A stretch of DNA of 64,000 nucleotides from NCBI GenBank assembly GCA_907165135.1, contig OU015567.1, positions 1,116,001 through 1,180,000 on the forward strand, written 5' to 3'. Below the pieces are notes generated by a model. That model did not search any database and was not told the origin of the DNA. It was given only the letters and a program-made list of their open reading frames with translations. Position numbers and translations under genes: made by a program. Source of the stretch: Oikopleura dioica. Its lineage: Eukaryota > Animalia > Chordata. Below, in pieces: positions 38,463 to 52,493 of the stretch. Position 1 is the stretch's first letter. Every line of letters starts with the position of its first letter.

Positions 38463-41400
38463 ATGGACGATTTTATCAAAAAGATGATTCCTTCCATGCC
38501 AAATGCTTCAAAGGTAAATTAGTGGGAGACAGTTATTCTAGTGCATGTGGCGCATGGTACTCTTGTTCAAAAAGAGGTTTCGTTTAGCCAGAGGCGCTTA
38601 TTCCTTTTGCCGGAGTGATAGGATAGACCATCGTTGCTTTAGTCTTTTCGCGAAATTTTGTCAAAGTTGATCAAAAATGACTTCAGTTGACTAAATTTAT
38701 ATCTTATCATCATTTAAATTTCAGCAAGACCTGCAAGACCTGTACAACCACGAGCGACTAAAGCGCAAAATTCACCGCAAAGGGCCTGCTCCAAAGCTTC
38801 TCGGCGACGAAGAGTGCGAGATTTGTGGCCAAACAGCGAATGGCTATCACTACAATGTACTATCGTGCGAGGGTTGCAAAGGTTCGTTTTTGTATGAAAT
38901 GTTGATCATTAAAACTCGACCGTCGCTTTAACTTGATTTGGCGGCTAGTCTGCTCGTATTAAATTATTTGGATAATCAAATATTCTTTCATTGCTTGAAC
39001 TTCAAGTTTTTACCTCAAATACGGTGTTTTTCTTCTGATACTTGCTACCCGAAATTTATAAATAATCAATAGCTGCTTCACTTGGGCTCTGAAACCTGTG
39101 TAGAAAACATAAGTTAGGGCTTATCATTCCAATCAATTTTCCAAAACTTTCGAGGCCGCTTCCTTTATCAGAGGTCTTCCAGACACTGCCTTAGGTTTCC
39201 TACACAGGTCGCCGAGACCTATTTCCATAGTTTTCATTATATAATCTCCTACCTAGATGTTTCGAAATGGTTCCTTTCTATTCGTTTTTTTCTTGGAAAA
39301 GGTTAACAACCATCTCCTCCTAGAATGTCACGGATTTCCATCAAATCCTTTTTTGACACTTGCAGTATTAAAAAATGTCTGGTTCAGGATTCTTCCGACG
39401 AACGATCATTAACGGCATCAAGTACACCTGTCGCACGGGCGTCAACAACTGCGATCTACAAACTGCCATGGCGAGACAACGCTGCCAAAAATGCAGAATC
39501 ATGCGCTGCTTGAAGGTAAATCGAGATCACCAAACACCAAGGCGTAACAACAGTCGTTCTTCGACTTGTCCGTCTGATTGCCGGGCGGGAGTTCAGTTGC
39601 AAAAAAGTACTTGTTTAAAATGGATAAGAGGGGCTAATCCGCCTTTATACGTTTAGGTCTTCTTTCTCTTATTTCGACATGTCTGGAGTCTTATTTTTTC
39701 AGCAGCTATTAAACAGATTAGCGAAATATATCGAGTTGCACAACCGTTCTTAAAAGTAGGACAAACTCAAGGTTACTGGGGAAGAAACAAATAATAAGGA
39801 ACGCCAATATTAAGCTTTGCGGCTTCGTTTTAAAGAAAGCCGCAATAGAATCAGGACCCTGACTCAGGCTGTGAAGCCCAACTTGCAATGATTTTAGAGA
39901 AACGCTAGATTAAAGACTTTGAGTTACAAATTTGGACGTCCTAAACTTTGGTTGACCGTATTCCAAACAATCTATTTTCAGGCGGGCATGAATCCAGCCT
40001 TTGTCCGAAAGCGCAAAAACGACGCCGTTTCCAGCCCATATGAAAATGTTACGGCGAGCCGGCCAAGCGTGATTGTGAACAAGCTTCCAAAGGTACAATT
40101 TATTTTCGGACCCATTAGCGATATTAATTTTTATTTTTAGGACGACGAGGATCTAATTCAGGCGACGATGATGCCTTGGAGAATCAGCCTTTGTACTCCT
40201 GTCGATTTTCTGGACGCCTCTTCTTCTTCTCAAAATCTCTTTTACCGTAAGTATTCTAATTTTCATAAGGACACCGCTTTTCAGAACCTAGAAAGGGTTG
40301 CCCTTCTCATCATAATAGTTTCTATCAATTAACAAGAAATTATTCAAGGTGCCATCTCGTCTCTTCAACTACATATCAAGAAGATCTTCATTGCCGAGCT
40401 CCCCTTGGTCGATCGTTTCTCCGAAGATCTACTTGACATCATCAGCGAAAGCGCAATAAACGAACTGGTAAGACCCCTTCATCCTGTCAGCCAGATCATA
40501 AAACCGCGAAAGTGCAAGTTAGAAACTTTTTATTTAAAACCGCAGGACGTCTGCGCATCAGAACAATTTATGTTTCGAAGGTGATAAGATCAACTTTGAA
40601 GTACCACTTTAAGGGTAATGGTATACATCGGCGCGGCGCCGCTCGCTCGATCCGCGCTCCGCAAGAACCTATTTCTCACGAGGCCGTAAAATCTGAACGG
40701 ATCGAGATTTTCGAGATTTAAACAGATTTGGAATCCTCAAAGTCTCTTCTATAAACTGATCGAAAATTAAAACAATTTTCAAAGAGGAACAATGTGAAAA
40801 GTGCCAGTTTGCTTCAAATGACATTTTCTCCATAATTTCTCATCCAAATTTTTGAAAATTAGACTGTCTTGTAGAGAATCGTCAGCTCTACAATTCCTGT
40901 GTTTCAGATTTTTCATTTGGGCTTTCAAAAATTATGTGCGCTCTTTTGAAAAGAGAGTTATTCTCGCCCGCGCCTCTCCGCTTCCTATTTCTCGCGGCGC
41001 GCTCCCGCTGCGCTCTTTACAAATTGCGATGTAAAATTAATGAAAGCTTAAAACAAAAATCTGAAACACAGGAATTGTAGAGCTGACGATTCTCTACAAG
41101 ACAGTCTAATTTTCAAAAATTTGGATGAGAAATTATGGAGAAAATGTCATTTGAAGCAAACTGGCACTTTTCACATTGTTCCTCTTGAAAATTGTTTTAA
41201 TTTTCGATCAGTTTATAGAAGAGACTTTGAGGATTCCAAATCTGTTTAAATCTCGAAAAAATCTCGATCCGTTCAGATTTTACGGCCTCGTGAGAAATAG
41301 GTTCTTGCGGAGCGCGGATAGATCGAGCGGCGCCGCGCCGATGTATACCATTACCCTTAATAAAGCTCGTGATCACAAAGCTAGCAGACAACATTCTACG

Positions 41401-42652
41401 AGTCGTCTGCCCAACAGCAGTGGCGCGCAGACGCCCGTTTCGGAAGCATATCATAATAAATAATGTGGCCATACTTTAAAATTTTGATAAAAAATGAAGC
41501 AGCAACGATAGCGGATATCTAACTGTTTGGGATGAGGAAGAAACTTCTTACCAGGGTTTGGAAAGCCTGACCACTTTACTGACAGCGGCTAGGCTCGGCA
41601 TGCTGTCTTGAAAACCTGAGTCAGGGCCAGAAAGATCTTAAATGGTTGCCGGGACCCTTATAAGTCCCCTGTCGTTGAGCCATTTTTCCACTTACAATTA
41701 AATGATACCAATCGAATTAACTTCCAATCAAAATATGTCTCAATGCCAGTGGCGCTTATCAGCAACTGGAAACAGGTCAGTCTGGCAGCCAATCTCTCCT
41801 GAATTGACTCTTGGACGTTTCGTTTCGAATTGCAGCAAACTCTTAGCCGGCTGATAATGCCCAAGTGCCCGAGATTATACTGTATCTTTGAGTTCCTTTA
41901 GCTGTCAACGTTCGATTAAAGATTTCAAAATAATTTTCAGATATTCCTCCACATCGCAAATTCTTACGACCCAGTTTCAAAAGCGATTCGATTCACGGAC
42001 GAGCTCATTTTCACTGCCGACGATTTGCTCAACAAATTCACCGTCAATCTCGGCATTGTTCGACGACTCTTTCACTTCATGGAAAAATTCCAGCAAATCA
42101 TCGGTAAGTCATCGTTTTTAGCGCTTCTTACTGTAACTTTTTTCTTTCAGATACTAATTTCGATATCTCCATCATCGGCCTAATTGCCGGTTCCATTTTC
42201 TTCAAGCCAGATCGAGGATCGTCCCTGGTCGACGAAGAAAACCTCGCAGAATTGTCCAAAATTCACGAAAAATATATTTCGACTCTTCGATCTTACATTG
42301 AGCGATACAGAAGCTTCAACAAGACGCTTCTTACAGAGGTAACAATTATCCAGAGTGTGATTGATTCTAATTGCTTATTCTAGGTTCTTCTTATGTTCAC
42401 GACTCTGCGAGAACTCAGCATCGAATACAAGGTAAAAAGATGCCAAATCTCAACCCCTACTTCTGTATCCCCTTGATTTACCTTATCTAACGCAAATTCT
42501 AGCATCAACAGGTCAGTCAAGGCCTCCTCGGTGCGCTCATCAAATCAATGTCAAACCAATGCGAAATCTCTCCCGAGCAGCTCCAACAGCTCGCCCTCAA
42601 TCACCGATTCTACCATGAACAAGCACATCACATGCAACTCTTTGAAAACTGA
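38463..42652 (+). CDS. NR1H: LXR-like nuclear receptor (NR1H group)
   Basis: [40 protein letters not shown] matches the LXR DBD; LBD exons ~40141-42652 ([31 protein letters not shown]). Confidence 0.88.
40613..41356. mobile_element. 744-bp foldback MITE with TTAA TSD and GG...CC termini (Kolobok-like)
   Basis: TTAA-GGGTAATGGTATACATCGGCGCGG ... CCGCGCCGATGTATACCATTACCC-TTAA; ~290-bp near-perfect arms; in an NR1H intron. Confidence 0.85.
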
Positions 42653-42942
42653 AGCTTCTCTTTTCTACGCGTATTTCTGTTTATCTCAAGATTTGCCCTC
42701 TCGGAGAAGGTGTCTCCCGGGGAGACTCTCCACTTTGATCGATAGATCGAGAAACAAGGTGTAAACTATTTGCTTATGATGAGTTCAAAGAACAAATATT
42801 ATTTATTAATGTATTTCCTGTGTCTTTTTTAAATAAAAACATGTTTCGAAAAGAAGATTTATTTAGATAATCAGGGAATGAAGGTGAAAATTGCAGAAGT
42901 CTCGAGCTTTTTTGAGCTCTTCTTTTTTGGCAGAATTTTTTT

Positions 42943-45231
42943 CTAGAGCTGGAACCCGTAGTAAAGACAGAGGGAGATGAACACAGCATAAACACACATA
43001 TTGAAGATACCTAGCATTTTGTTTGTTCGATAATTTGTCATCTAAATATCCCTATTATAGGTGGCGTTAGGGAAGAAAGTACCGGTAAAATCAGCAGAAG
43101 AGCGAGAAGAATGGCAGTTCCACCGGCGACGAGGGAAACTTCGGTTGGCCCAAACTAAAAACATCATTTTCGTCTCCTGAATTTTTCATATTACGTCAAG
43201 AGGGATGAATTCTTTTGAAGAAGAAGTAGCAATGGTGACGGTGCAACCGAATCCAACACCGACAAGGAGGTTCAAAAGTGGAGCCCCAAAGCAGGCAGCG
43301 ATCTGAAACCAACCGTCATCATGTAATATTGATAATCTGTCTTACCGCAGTTCTAGCTCGACCAGCCTTGGCCAACGAATAATCCGCCACAAAATCACCG
43401 ATCGAGTTTGCCCATGACAGCAGTGACAAGCCCATCACGACGTTATTGATGTTCCAAAAGTACCCCAAGCATGTCAGAACGCCGACAAGCTCTTTGGTCA
43501 ATAAGTTGTCGAAATAGCCCTTCCGATGTCAATATTGTCAATAGATTTGTGATTTCGGCTAACTCTTCCTGTAGCGATAACGTAAATCCACACGATGCAT
43601 CCGAGAAAGCCCATGATTGTCGAGAGGAAGTACCATTTTGGCGGCTTGTTTAGGGGCAGCTTCATTGTCGTGAGGAAAACGACTGAAATGAAATTTGAAA
43701 TTGGCATTTCTACTAATCAACTTACAGGCAAATAGGACAACACTTATAATAGCAGGAATAACCGCTCGGTTGAGTGGGCCAAAATCATCTTCAGCGTATT
43801 GCTTCAGAAGCAAGTAGAAAGACCAGGGAAACATGACTGCTTGAATGAGCATCAAAGGCTTGTTCCAGCTATCTTTCTCGTTTGGAGCAACGATTGGAAT
43901 CGACCATTTGCACAGAAGATACAGTGGAGCTAAATGTTGTCACGCTTTTTCTTTTCAGTGACGACTTACAGAAGCAAATAGAGAAGATCTTTCCTCCGAG
44001 TCCAAATTCTTCGAACTCAACTGGATCCCATGGTATGCAAGCTTGTTTCAAGTACCATTTTAGGTCTTTGACGAAGTGTTCTTCCTTTGCCTGGACTTCG
44101 AGTTTGTTTTCTACGGTGCTGAGATTTGAAAATGCACGGGCACGCTGACCGGAAACTGGATTCAGGCCAACTTCGGCTGTAGATTGGACGGTGTTTCGTT
44201 TGTTTGTTGTGCTCAGGCTGGAGATTGCTCGAGCACGAGTACTCATGACGGTATTTCTAGGGAAGAATAGAGGAAGAAATCGATGAAAAAGCGTACCTGG
44301 CTGGCTCTACCGGTGGGTACATCTTTTCCGGCTTCATAACGAGGCCGATTTTACTGCCGTATCTGCTTCCCAAAGCAACCATGGTTACGTAAAACGCGTA
44401 GAAAACCAGAAATCCGATGGAATCTGAGATTTGATAAACATGATTTTAGAGAAAAATTACCAAAGAGTGTAATCTTCTGAGCCCAAAGACAGTGAAGCAG
44501 CCAGTAAAGCGACCAGAGGTAAAATATCATGTCTCGTAAAAGAGGTCTTAGTCGGGCTTTAGTATTTGCTCAGGGAAATAAAGAATGACTTGGTGTCTTT
44601 ATTTCCCCAGATTGAAGAGATAAGACTGAAGAATCAAGCCTGTTTCCTTGCAGCGGGGGTAAAGTCAACGGCAATCATGCAGGCACCGGCAACGATCATG
44701 ATCACAAACATGCCGGCTCCGAGGAGGGATCCAATCGCCAGCTTTGCTACTTCAGGATCTGGATTGGTAAAAGCGACGATTGATGCGAAGATATCAGCAG
44801 CTCCACCACCGAAGGCAACCAAAGTGACGCCGGCAACGCTGTCTGATAGACGAAGCTGAGTGGCAATCTTCGTCAGTGTCGGAACAAAGAATGCATCTGC
44901 AGCGAGACCAAGGCAGAAGCAGAGATAGAGGCACCAGATTGTATACATAACATTGAAGAAAATAAACGACCCATCGAAGGTTTCCGGATTCGTCCAGCTT
45001 TCATGACACAGTGCTTTTTGAGTGTACTCGATGAAGCAACCGACCGCTCCACAGCCATTTGTCTCATCCAATGAAAATGCACAGTGCTTAGATGGATCTG
45101 AAGTTGTCTTTTGAAATCTTTGGAAAATACGCCCTTTATTGACCCACAGATCTTATTTCCGGTCGATAATTTTTGGGAGGGGTACTGTCATTGCCAGGAA
45201 AAGCATCTTGACTATCATGTTGACACAGCAT
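42943..45231 (-). CDS. SLC8B1: Na(Li)/Ca exchanger NCLX-like (CCX family)
   Basis: ADAFFVPTLTKIATQLRLSDSVAGVTLVAFGGGAADIFAS (alpha-1) and GLSLLSWANSIGDFVADYSLAKAG...ACFGAPLLNLLVGVG (alpha-2). Confidence 0.85.
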
Positions 45232-45786
45232 TTTCGCGAAAATTGATAAATCAAGGTCGATCCTGCCAGACTTAGTTTGCTAAAGATTGAGAGCTTGACA
45301 GCATCGACAGCAAAATAACGCTGATTTTGACATATTTAACTAACTACTTGCTATCTAGGAACACCGAAAAATTTTATAACGCTTCTTGATATTTGCAAAT
45401 GAGACCGAATTGAAGAAATTTTTTTCAGTTTTTTTTTTGTGAAACTCACCGGATAAGTTATGAAACGCCTTGCATCCTTCTTTGTTGTAAATTATATCTT
45501 CGAAGGGTTTACTCTGTAGAAATGTCATTATTTCTTTCGGAAAGCGGTCGGGAAAACGACTATCCTTCTCTTTTCTTTTCAATTGCTCCTGCCCGAAAAA
45601 GTTTTCATAAATTTTGGACTCTTGAGAGTTCTGGGCGACCGGGCGCGCTAGTTGTGATAACCATGTTTGCTCAAATCCGAGAGGAAATTCCCGATTTACA
45701 TTTGGCGGACTTGGCAAATTTTCGAAATACGATGGCCAGGGATAAATTTCAGATTCGATCTATTCTAGCGCTTTATTGGAATGTTT

Positions 45787-48438
45787 CTATACAAAAAATA
45801 TTAAGATGGCAATCAAAGAAATGAAAATTCGAGCTGCAGAAGAGGGGGAATCCTTCTTTTTATCTTTCTTCTTCTTTTTCTCTTCTTCGCTATCTTCAAT
45901 GTCTGGCTCTGGTTCTGGCTCCGGAGTCGTCTCGAATTCTTCGCTTGGATTTGGTGTCACTAGTAAGCCATCGATATCAGCCTCGGTTACTAAAGAATGG
46001 GTCACGAAGAGATATTTACCGCGAGAATTCACCTTCTTTTTCCCATTGCGCGAAAGGATTTGCCTCAGTCGTGGTTGACTTTGTCGTATCCGTCCTTGTC
46101 AATCCATCAGATGAAGTTGATGTCGATGAAACAGAACTTCCAGCGTCTGCAGCTGCAACATTGAACTTTGGCCCTTGGTAAACAGAAACGGTAGTTGTGG
46201 TCGTTGTCGTTGTAGTTGTCGTTGTTCGAGTAGTAAATCGAGAGTCTTCGGAGACGAAAGCTTTGAGAACTTCTTCTTTGACTTCTTTTGCTTCTTCCGT
46301 CTCTTGGACGCTGAAAAATCGATTGAAATCATGTTTCACTTTGGAAAACTTACATTTTATCGATGGTCTTTTCCAGCTCGATCTCAAATTCTTTCTTGTC
46401 TTCTATCAATTCTACTGTTACTTTTTCACAGCCAACCATGTCCGGTCTTAAAATTTCATACTTTTCGGGCAGGAAAAAATTCTTACCTGACAACGTCATT
46501 GACGTAAAGATCTTCAACTTTTGGGACAGATTGTCTGTAATGAATCGTCTCATTCGTTCGTTTCACTCCTGCCAGCCAAAAAAGAGGACTTCCATCGCGC
46601 GGAGCAACTCCTGAGCAAAAGATTTCCGACGATTGATTTGGCAATTTGCTTCGATAACCAGGCAAGCACTGGAGATGAAGATTATGTCATTTTATTTTCA
46701 TAGTACCTGAAGATCACAAATTTCTCCTCTCCCGAGTGTCGCCAAATCAGGATCGTCGGCTGGACTGAAACTCCGGGTGCACTCGAATGATTCAACTCCT
46801 TCCGAAGTTGTGATATTCACAGCCTTGGACTCTGATGCTCGAAATTTTGTAGGATAGATACAGTATTCAGGAATACATTGAAGAGGATCAGTAGGTTCTT
46901 TCCAGCCTCCTCGTTCACATCTATTTTCGTAGTTTCTCTTTTCACTGTTTTCAAGTTTGATTTCTCACCAAAATAAGGGAATCATCTTTGAAAACATTCA
47001 TGAGGTTCAGGCATAAATCCCGGTCGGCAGAATAACCTACAATCAGACCCGACAAGATACCCATTTTTGCACAACCACCTCCCGGTCGTTAATCGCCCCC
47101 ACTTTGGCGTTACCAATTCTGTCCCATCGCACATCGAGAAATCCATCGGATGACACCGTGAGTTGTAAAAATTAACTTCATCAATGAGAACATCTGTCTG
47201 ATCTTGTGTGCCTCTTTCTGCGACGACGAAAATTTGGAGCCATTCGCCTTCTCGGTGGTTGACTTCAGTTTGGACGGGGCGGAAGATACCGTCGACGTCG
47301 AATGTTTCATTGACAGGAATGCTCAGGACTTCTTTTAGCTGACCGCCTTGGAAAGATCGCGAATTTCTGTCGAATCGAGTAAAGGCCGTGTAAATTTTCA
47401 CTTCGCCGAAGTCCTCCCGCGTCAGATTTTCAGGATTGTTTCGCGCCATTTTCATCTCGAAGCAGTATGGCTCTGGCTGCTCTGTATTGATCTTCATGTA
47501 TTTCGTAGCAATCACTCCTGTTTTCAATTTGTTACTTGGAAATCTGAGGAATCCGCCATTGCTCAGTCCCTCGGAATCGTTTCTCGGAATGCCAGGGTCG
47601 TACGAGTCTCCAGAGACGTATTCAAAAGAACCCATCGTTTCAGGCCGACCAAGCTGAATCGGTTGCGCTCCTTGTTTTCCTCTTGGCCAGGTTTGGTCGA
47701 ACCAAGTCGGCATTCCAAGATCAAAGTTTGCCGATAATTTCTTGGTCCTCTCAGTCCTCATAATGTAAGCGAAATCATCCTTTTGATCTTCTCGATTTAT
47801 AAACGACAATTGTTTCGGCTGAAACGCTCCAAATCGTATCATGAAGCCGCGCCGGTTGTCCGAATCATCGGAAACGAAATGAAACTTTAGGTGAGAGCCC
47901 TTTTGTGAAATTGCTTGAAGACCTTTGGGAAAATAGGTGCCGCAGTAGCGCGTCTGTTCTTTTTCTGGACCTTTCCATGGTACCCATTGGCCGGCTTTTG
48001 GTCCAGTTGGGGGTTTGACGAAGAGTTCCAAGTAGTCGAAGGGGCAGGAGGGTGGGCCTGGCTCGATGTCGATGGCGATCACTTGGAATTGGATGATCAT
48101 TCCAGCGGCTTTTCGGGGTCTCAAACATTTTTGGTAAGAAATGAAAAATATAAGAAAATTTTTTTAAAAATGTCTAGGAGACTGTTTCCTATGCTTATTT
48201 CCCACTCACAGTCTGAGTTATTCGGATAAGCTCCATTCTCATAATTGCGCGAAATAATTAATCCCTTGGAGTCAAAATATTGCAGGTCAAACTTCTCATT
48301 GCAGCTTCCATTTCCGGCCAGGCCATATCGCGGGTCTTGGTAAAAACTCTCTATTGTCGAACCTCGGGCATCTTTCTTGTCGGGATATTTACGATTTAGG
48401 GCGAGAGAAAGGTTGATAAAAAGAAAAAGAAGAATCAT
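45787..48438 (-). CDS. CUB - MAM - sushi(CCP) - Thr-rich stalk - GPI-signal surface protein
   Basis: Signal MILLFLFINLSLA; YPNNSDCEW and CPFDYLELF (CUB); YCFEMKM...VLIDEVNFYNSRC (MAM); CRPGF and CLPGY...C...W (CCP); poly-Thr; hydrophobic C-terminus SSAARIFISLIAILIFFV*. Confidence 0.8.
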
Positions 48439-48899
48439 GGCGATTTATTTCATAAGGAAGCCGGATAAATATCTTGGAGGAAGAAGTTTTGCGATTGCCC
48501 AGAGTCCCGCGCAGGTGATATTTTCATTTTGGGGTGCGGGTCTGCCGCAGAATTGAGCATTCGAGAAGACTTTTTTCAAGCCGGAGCCAAAAGAGGAAGA
48601 ATCAAAAGTGAAGACATTTATGTTTTGGTCAGAGTTTTTTCTAGCCCCTTCTTTTTTTAACTCTGAGCTGAGTCCTAAAAATGTTTCAATGAGTAATTTT
48701 ATAAGATTTCTGAATGTCAATAAATGATAAGTGAGTCAAGAAATTATTGAAGAATGAGCTCGCATACGAAAACATGCAATGACTCTCAGTCTTTCTCTTC
48801 TTATCAGTTGAACCGTCAGCCATTTAGCTTTCCCTTTAGTCGTATCTTAGAACATATAAACTGAGCGTTTTCACCCTTTCTTCCTCAAAAAACTAGACG

Positions 48900-51394
48900 A
48901 TGGAAAAAAAATATTTGTTGAGAGTGATCCTTTTATTATTTATTACCCTTTTTGCATGCACCGCTTTGGTATTTGGTTGGATAAAGCCTAAAAGCCCTTC
49001 CGAAAATCCGCAAAATTTCCCTGAAGTTTCCGAAAGAGTGTTGATTTCCACAATCGAAAGTAAATCCATTCCAGAGACGACGGCCACGACAACAACAGAG
49101 AAAAATCAAGAAACGACAACAGATACCAGTCAGATCAATCGGTCAAAAGTAGCTAGGGACACCAGTAGGAGCAGTAGAATCGAATGTAGAGAAGGCGAAC
49201 TTTTCGAGGGAACTTGTGAAGATCTGCAAGTTTGTATTGATCAAGGACTGTGCGATCACGGAGAAGATCCTTTGGAAAATGCGATTTGTGTCAGTTACTA
49301 CGGCGAATTGATGTGTTATTATCATTCCGATTTAGTCCTCTTTACAACCGATTATTTTTTCAAATATTTTCCTATTTGTGCTAAAGGTATTTAATCCTTA
49401 CAACTTGCATGAAAGTGACGATTTTTTAAGGAAGAAAAACAAGTTGGCTAATTGGCGATGATTCATTTAATACCTTCCGAGAATGTGAGGACATAGATGA
49501 GTGTCTATCAAATCCTTGCACTGGGAATTCAACCTGTCGTAATTTTGATGGTGGATTTGAATGCGATTGCCCATTGGGTTACATCTATGATGAAGGAAAA
49601 AGCACATGTGTGGATTATGACGAATGTAGCAGTCTTAAAATCTATTGTACGTTTCATCAAATCTGCACAAATACAATTGGTTCTTACGATTGCTCGTGTA
49701 AACTTTATAAAAGATGCTGTTCCAAGTTTGTTGACATTTTTTCGCGGAAAGAAAAAAAAATAGACAATTTTTTTTTGTATTGAGATCTATTCTTGCTTAT
49801 CAAGATCGCGTTGTTCATTTTTTACGAAAAAAAGACAAAATTGAAGGTTGAACTAGAGACACAGGGGCCTTTGTCAGTCTTTCAGGAGCATACATGCAAA
49901 GTCTAGAAAACTATTCGGCGTACTCAAATCTCGAAAAAAAATTTAAGCGATTTCGATGGGACATTTTTTCGGAAGACGTTGCCCAAGTTTGTGGACATTT
50001 TTCGAAAATTTTGGGACAAAAAATGTCCACAAAAGAGGAAAAGAACTGTAATTATATCATTGCTTGTGATAAAAATCAAAATTTCGTATAAGGTTTTCTC
50101 CCTACTGTTCACGTGAATGATGGATGGATTTCTGGTGAACAAGGATCTACGATTGTGAAAAAAGAGTGCAGAAACATCGATGAATGCGAGTATGGCTTAG
50201 ATGACTGTGGAGGAAGCTCAAGATGTGTGGACACTGATGGAAGCTACGAATGCGACTGCAACTATGATAACGAGGTATTCTTCATTATGAATCATTACGC
50301 TTTAATTTTTTTCAAAACAATCTTTAAGTGGAAATATTTACGCCCAAATTCGTACAATGAGACAACACGAACTTGTCAGAAATACGATGACTGCGCGAGT
50401 TCGCCATGCGATCAAGTTTGCACAAATACTGATTCCGACATTTGGCCTTTTTACGAGTGTTCGTGTTTGCCTGGCTACCTTATGGAGAAAACATCAGAAA
50501 ATTACGATTTTCATTGGTGCAGGATTGATGAAACACTGCCGAAGATTTGCGATAGTGATGGACGAGGTCAGTAAACATAACAAATCATGCACTAGGCTTA
50601 TATTTTTAGAGTGTCAATACAAATGCGTCGATGATAATCTAAATGGATCCAAATGTCTGTGTCCCCATGGATACACCGAAGTCAACGGAACTTGTGAAGA
50701 TATTAACGAATGCGATTATGAATTCCTTGACCGCGATCCCGGAGAAATATGTGTCAATCTTCATGGTTCATATCAACTTTTCATAATGTTTGATGAAGAA
50801 AACAGCTTATGCCTTCCTGATTATAGACTATCTAATTATAGGCAATTTGATTCTTGTAAGGTTCTCGATCAAGAATTTTCAACCGAGTATAATTTAAGCC
50901 GATTTTTCGTGTGATTTGCTGACTGACGAGTGCCCAACTGATCTTCCAGATTGCCCAGAGTAAGAACCATATCATTGTTTTGAATTAATAACATGTTTAG
51001 TCGCGCTTCATATTTCACTAAAGAACTTCTGAATTTCACGTCGCCGCATGAGCAATTTGTGGGTGAAATTGCTCCTCTAGCGAGTGAGGGTGATTCTCTT
51101 GAACACAGCTTCGACATTTATAAGAACAAGGACGCACCAGCTGAATATTTGGAAAACATCGACAATTTCTTTATCCATCGCCGGAACGACACTTTTGCCG
51201 AGCTTTATTTCAATGGGACAATTCCTGAATCAGACAGCGTAAGCAGTTCTCTTATCAAAGACTTCAATTTTGTTCAGAATATGTGGAGATACGGTGCAAC
51301 CGTCATTTACACTGCTAAGGGTCAGAACGACTCAGATGTTATTCGAAAAGAAGCATTCTTATATTTTATTTTTACGTCAAAATATGATTTCTGA
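48900..51394 (+). CDS. Calcium-binding EGF repeat protein (fibulin/fibrillin-like) with an N-terminal hydrophobic anchor; 3' end uncertain
   Basis: EDIDECLSNPC...CRNFDGGFECDCPLGY, DYDECS...CTNTIGSYDCSC, NIDECEYGLDDC...DTDGSYECDC, EDINECDYEF; C-terminal globular domain 50993-51394. Confidence 0.8.
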
Positions 51395-51798
51395 AATTTT
51401 CTTCTGGAAAAAATTAAACGAATTCTGCATATTTTGAAAAAAATAAAAAAAACCAAGTCAGCTGAAATTTGATTTTATTTTGAAAAGTAAAAAGTGTGTG
51501 TTTGTATTTATTGTATGTTTGAGTGGTGGGTAGTGTTTGTGAAAGAGTTGGTACATACAGAATGAGGTACCGGTACCTGTAAAAAGTTGGTTGGGAGCTC
51601 GAGTTGGTAGATATCTACTACAGTAAGAAAAGTGTTACGAAACGAATCATAAATATTTATCAGCGTAAGATAGATAAAGAGATAGATAGTACAAAAGAGG
51701 GTTCGACTCAGCAGGGAGTGCAACTAGAGCTTCTCTAGCGCAGTTCTCTGTTGAATCAGCCCGAAAGAGGCTAAAGGGGTTGAAAGGAAGCTAGGCAT

Positions 51799-52493
51799 TT
51801 ATTCCTTCTCCTTCATGAGCTCCTTGATGAAGTTCTCGTAGTGGATCTGACCGTCGGCATCCTCAGCACCTGAATTGTTTGTAAGTAAATTTTTATAGAA
51901 AAAAGTTTTTTGTTTTTTTCGAAAATCGACAAGTTTTTTTCAATTTTCGAAGGAAAAACTTACCTTCGAAGATGATTTCGACTTCCTCGACGGTGAGCTT
52001 CTCACCAAGGGTGGCGAGAATGTGTCGGACTTCAGCGCCCATAACGGTGCCGTTGCCTTCCTTGTCGAAGACTCGGAGACCCTCGACGAAATCCTCGAAG
52101 GTACCGTCCTGCTGCTTCTCGGCGCAGAATTTGACGTGGTTGACGAATTCGTCGAAGTTGCAGGTCTAGAAATGAATGAAAAAAGAAGCGGAGGGAGATT
52201 CGCTTACCTTGGTGTTCATTTCTTCCTTCTTGGGGTTGCCGAGAGCTTCAGCGACATTGGCATTGGTGGGCTTGAAGCCGAGACCTCGGATGAGATCGCC
52301 AACCTGGTTGTAAAAGAGCTTGCCCTCTCCAGTTCGGTCGTAGAGTTCGAAACCGTCCTTGATATCTTCGAGCTGATCCTCAGTAAAGTCGACCTAGTGA
52401 AAAATTTTTGATTCTCAAGAAAAAAATTTCCTCGATAAATGATTCTGTGAGTTCTTTTTCTCTTTGGATCTCGTTTTTTCTCGAACTTACCAT
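51799..52493 (-). CDS. Myosin essential (alkali) light chain
   Basis: ATG-only first coding exon; [85 protein letters not shown]. Confidence 0.93.

Noticed and set aside
40546-40600. Apparent extra NR1H exon (ag-GACGTC...CGAAG-gt)
   Set aside because: The LBD aligns properly by joining 40467 directly to 41941; the extra segment is not frame-compatible.
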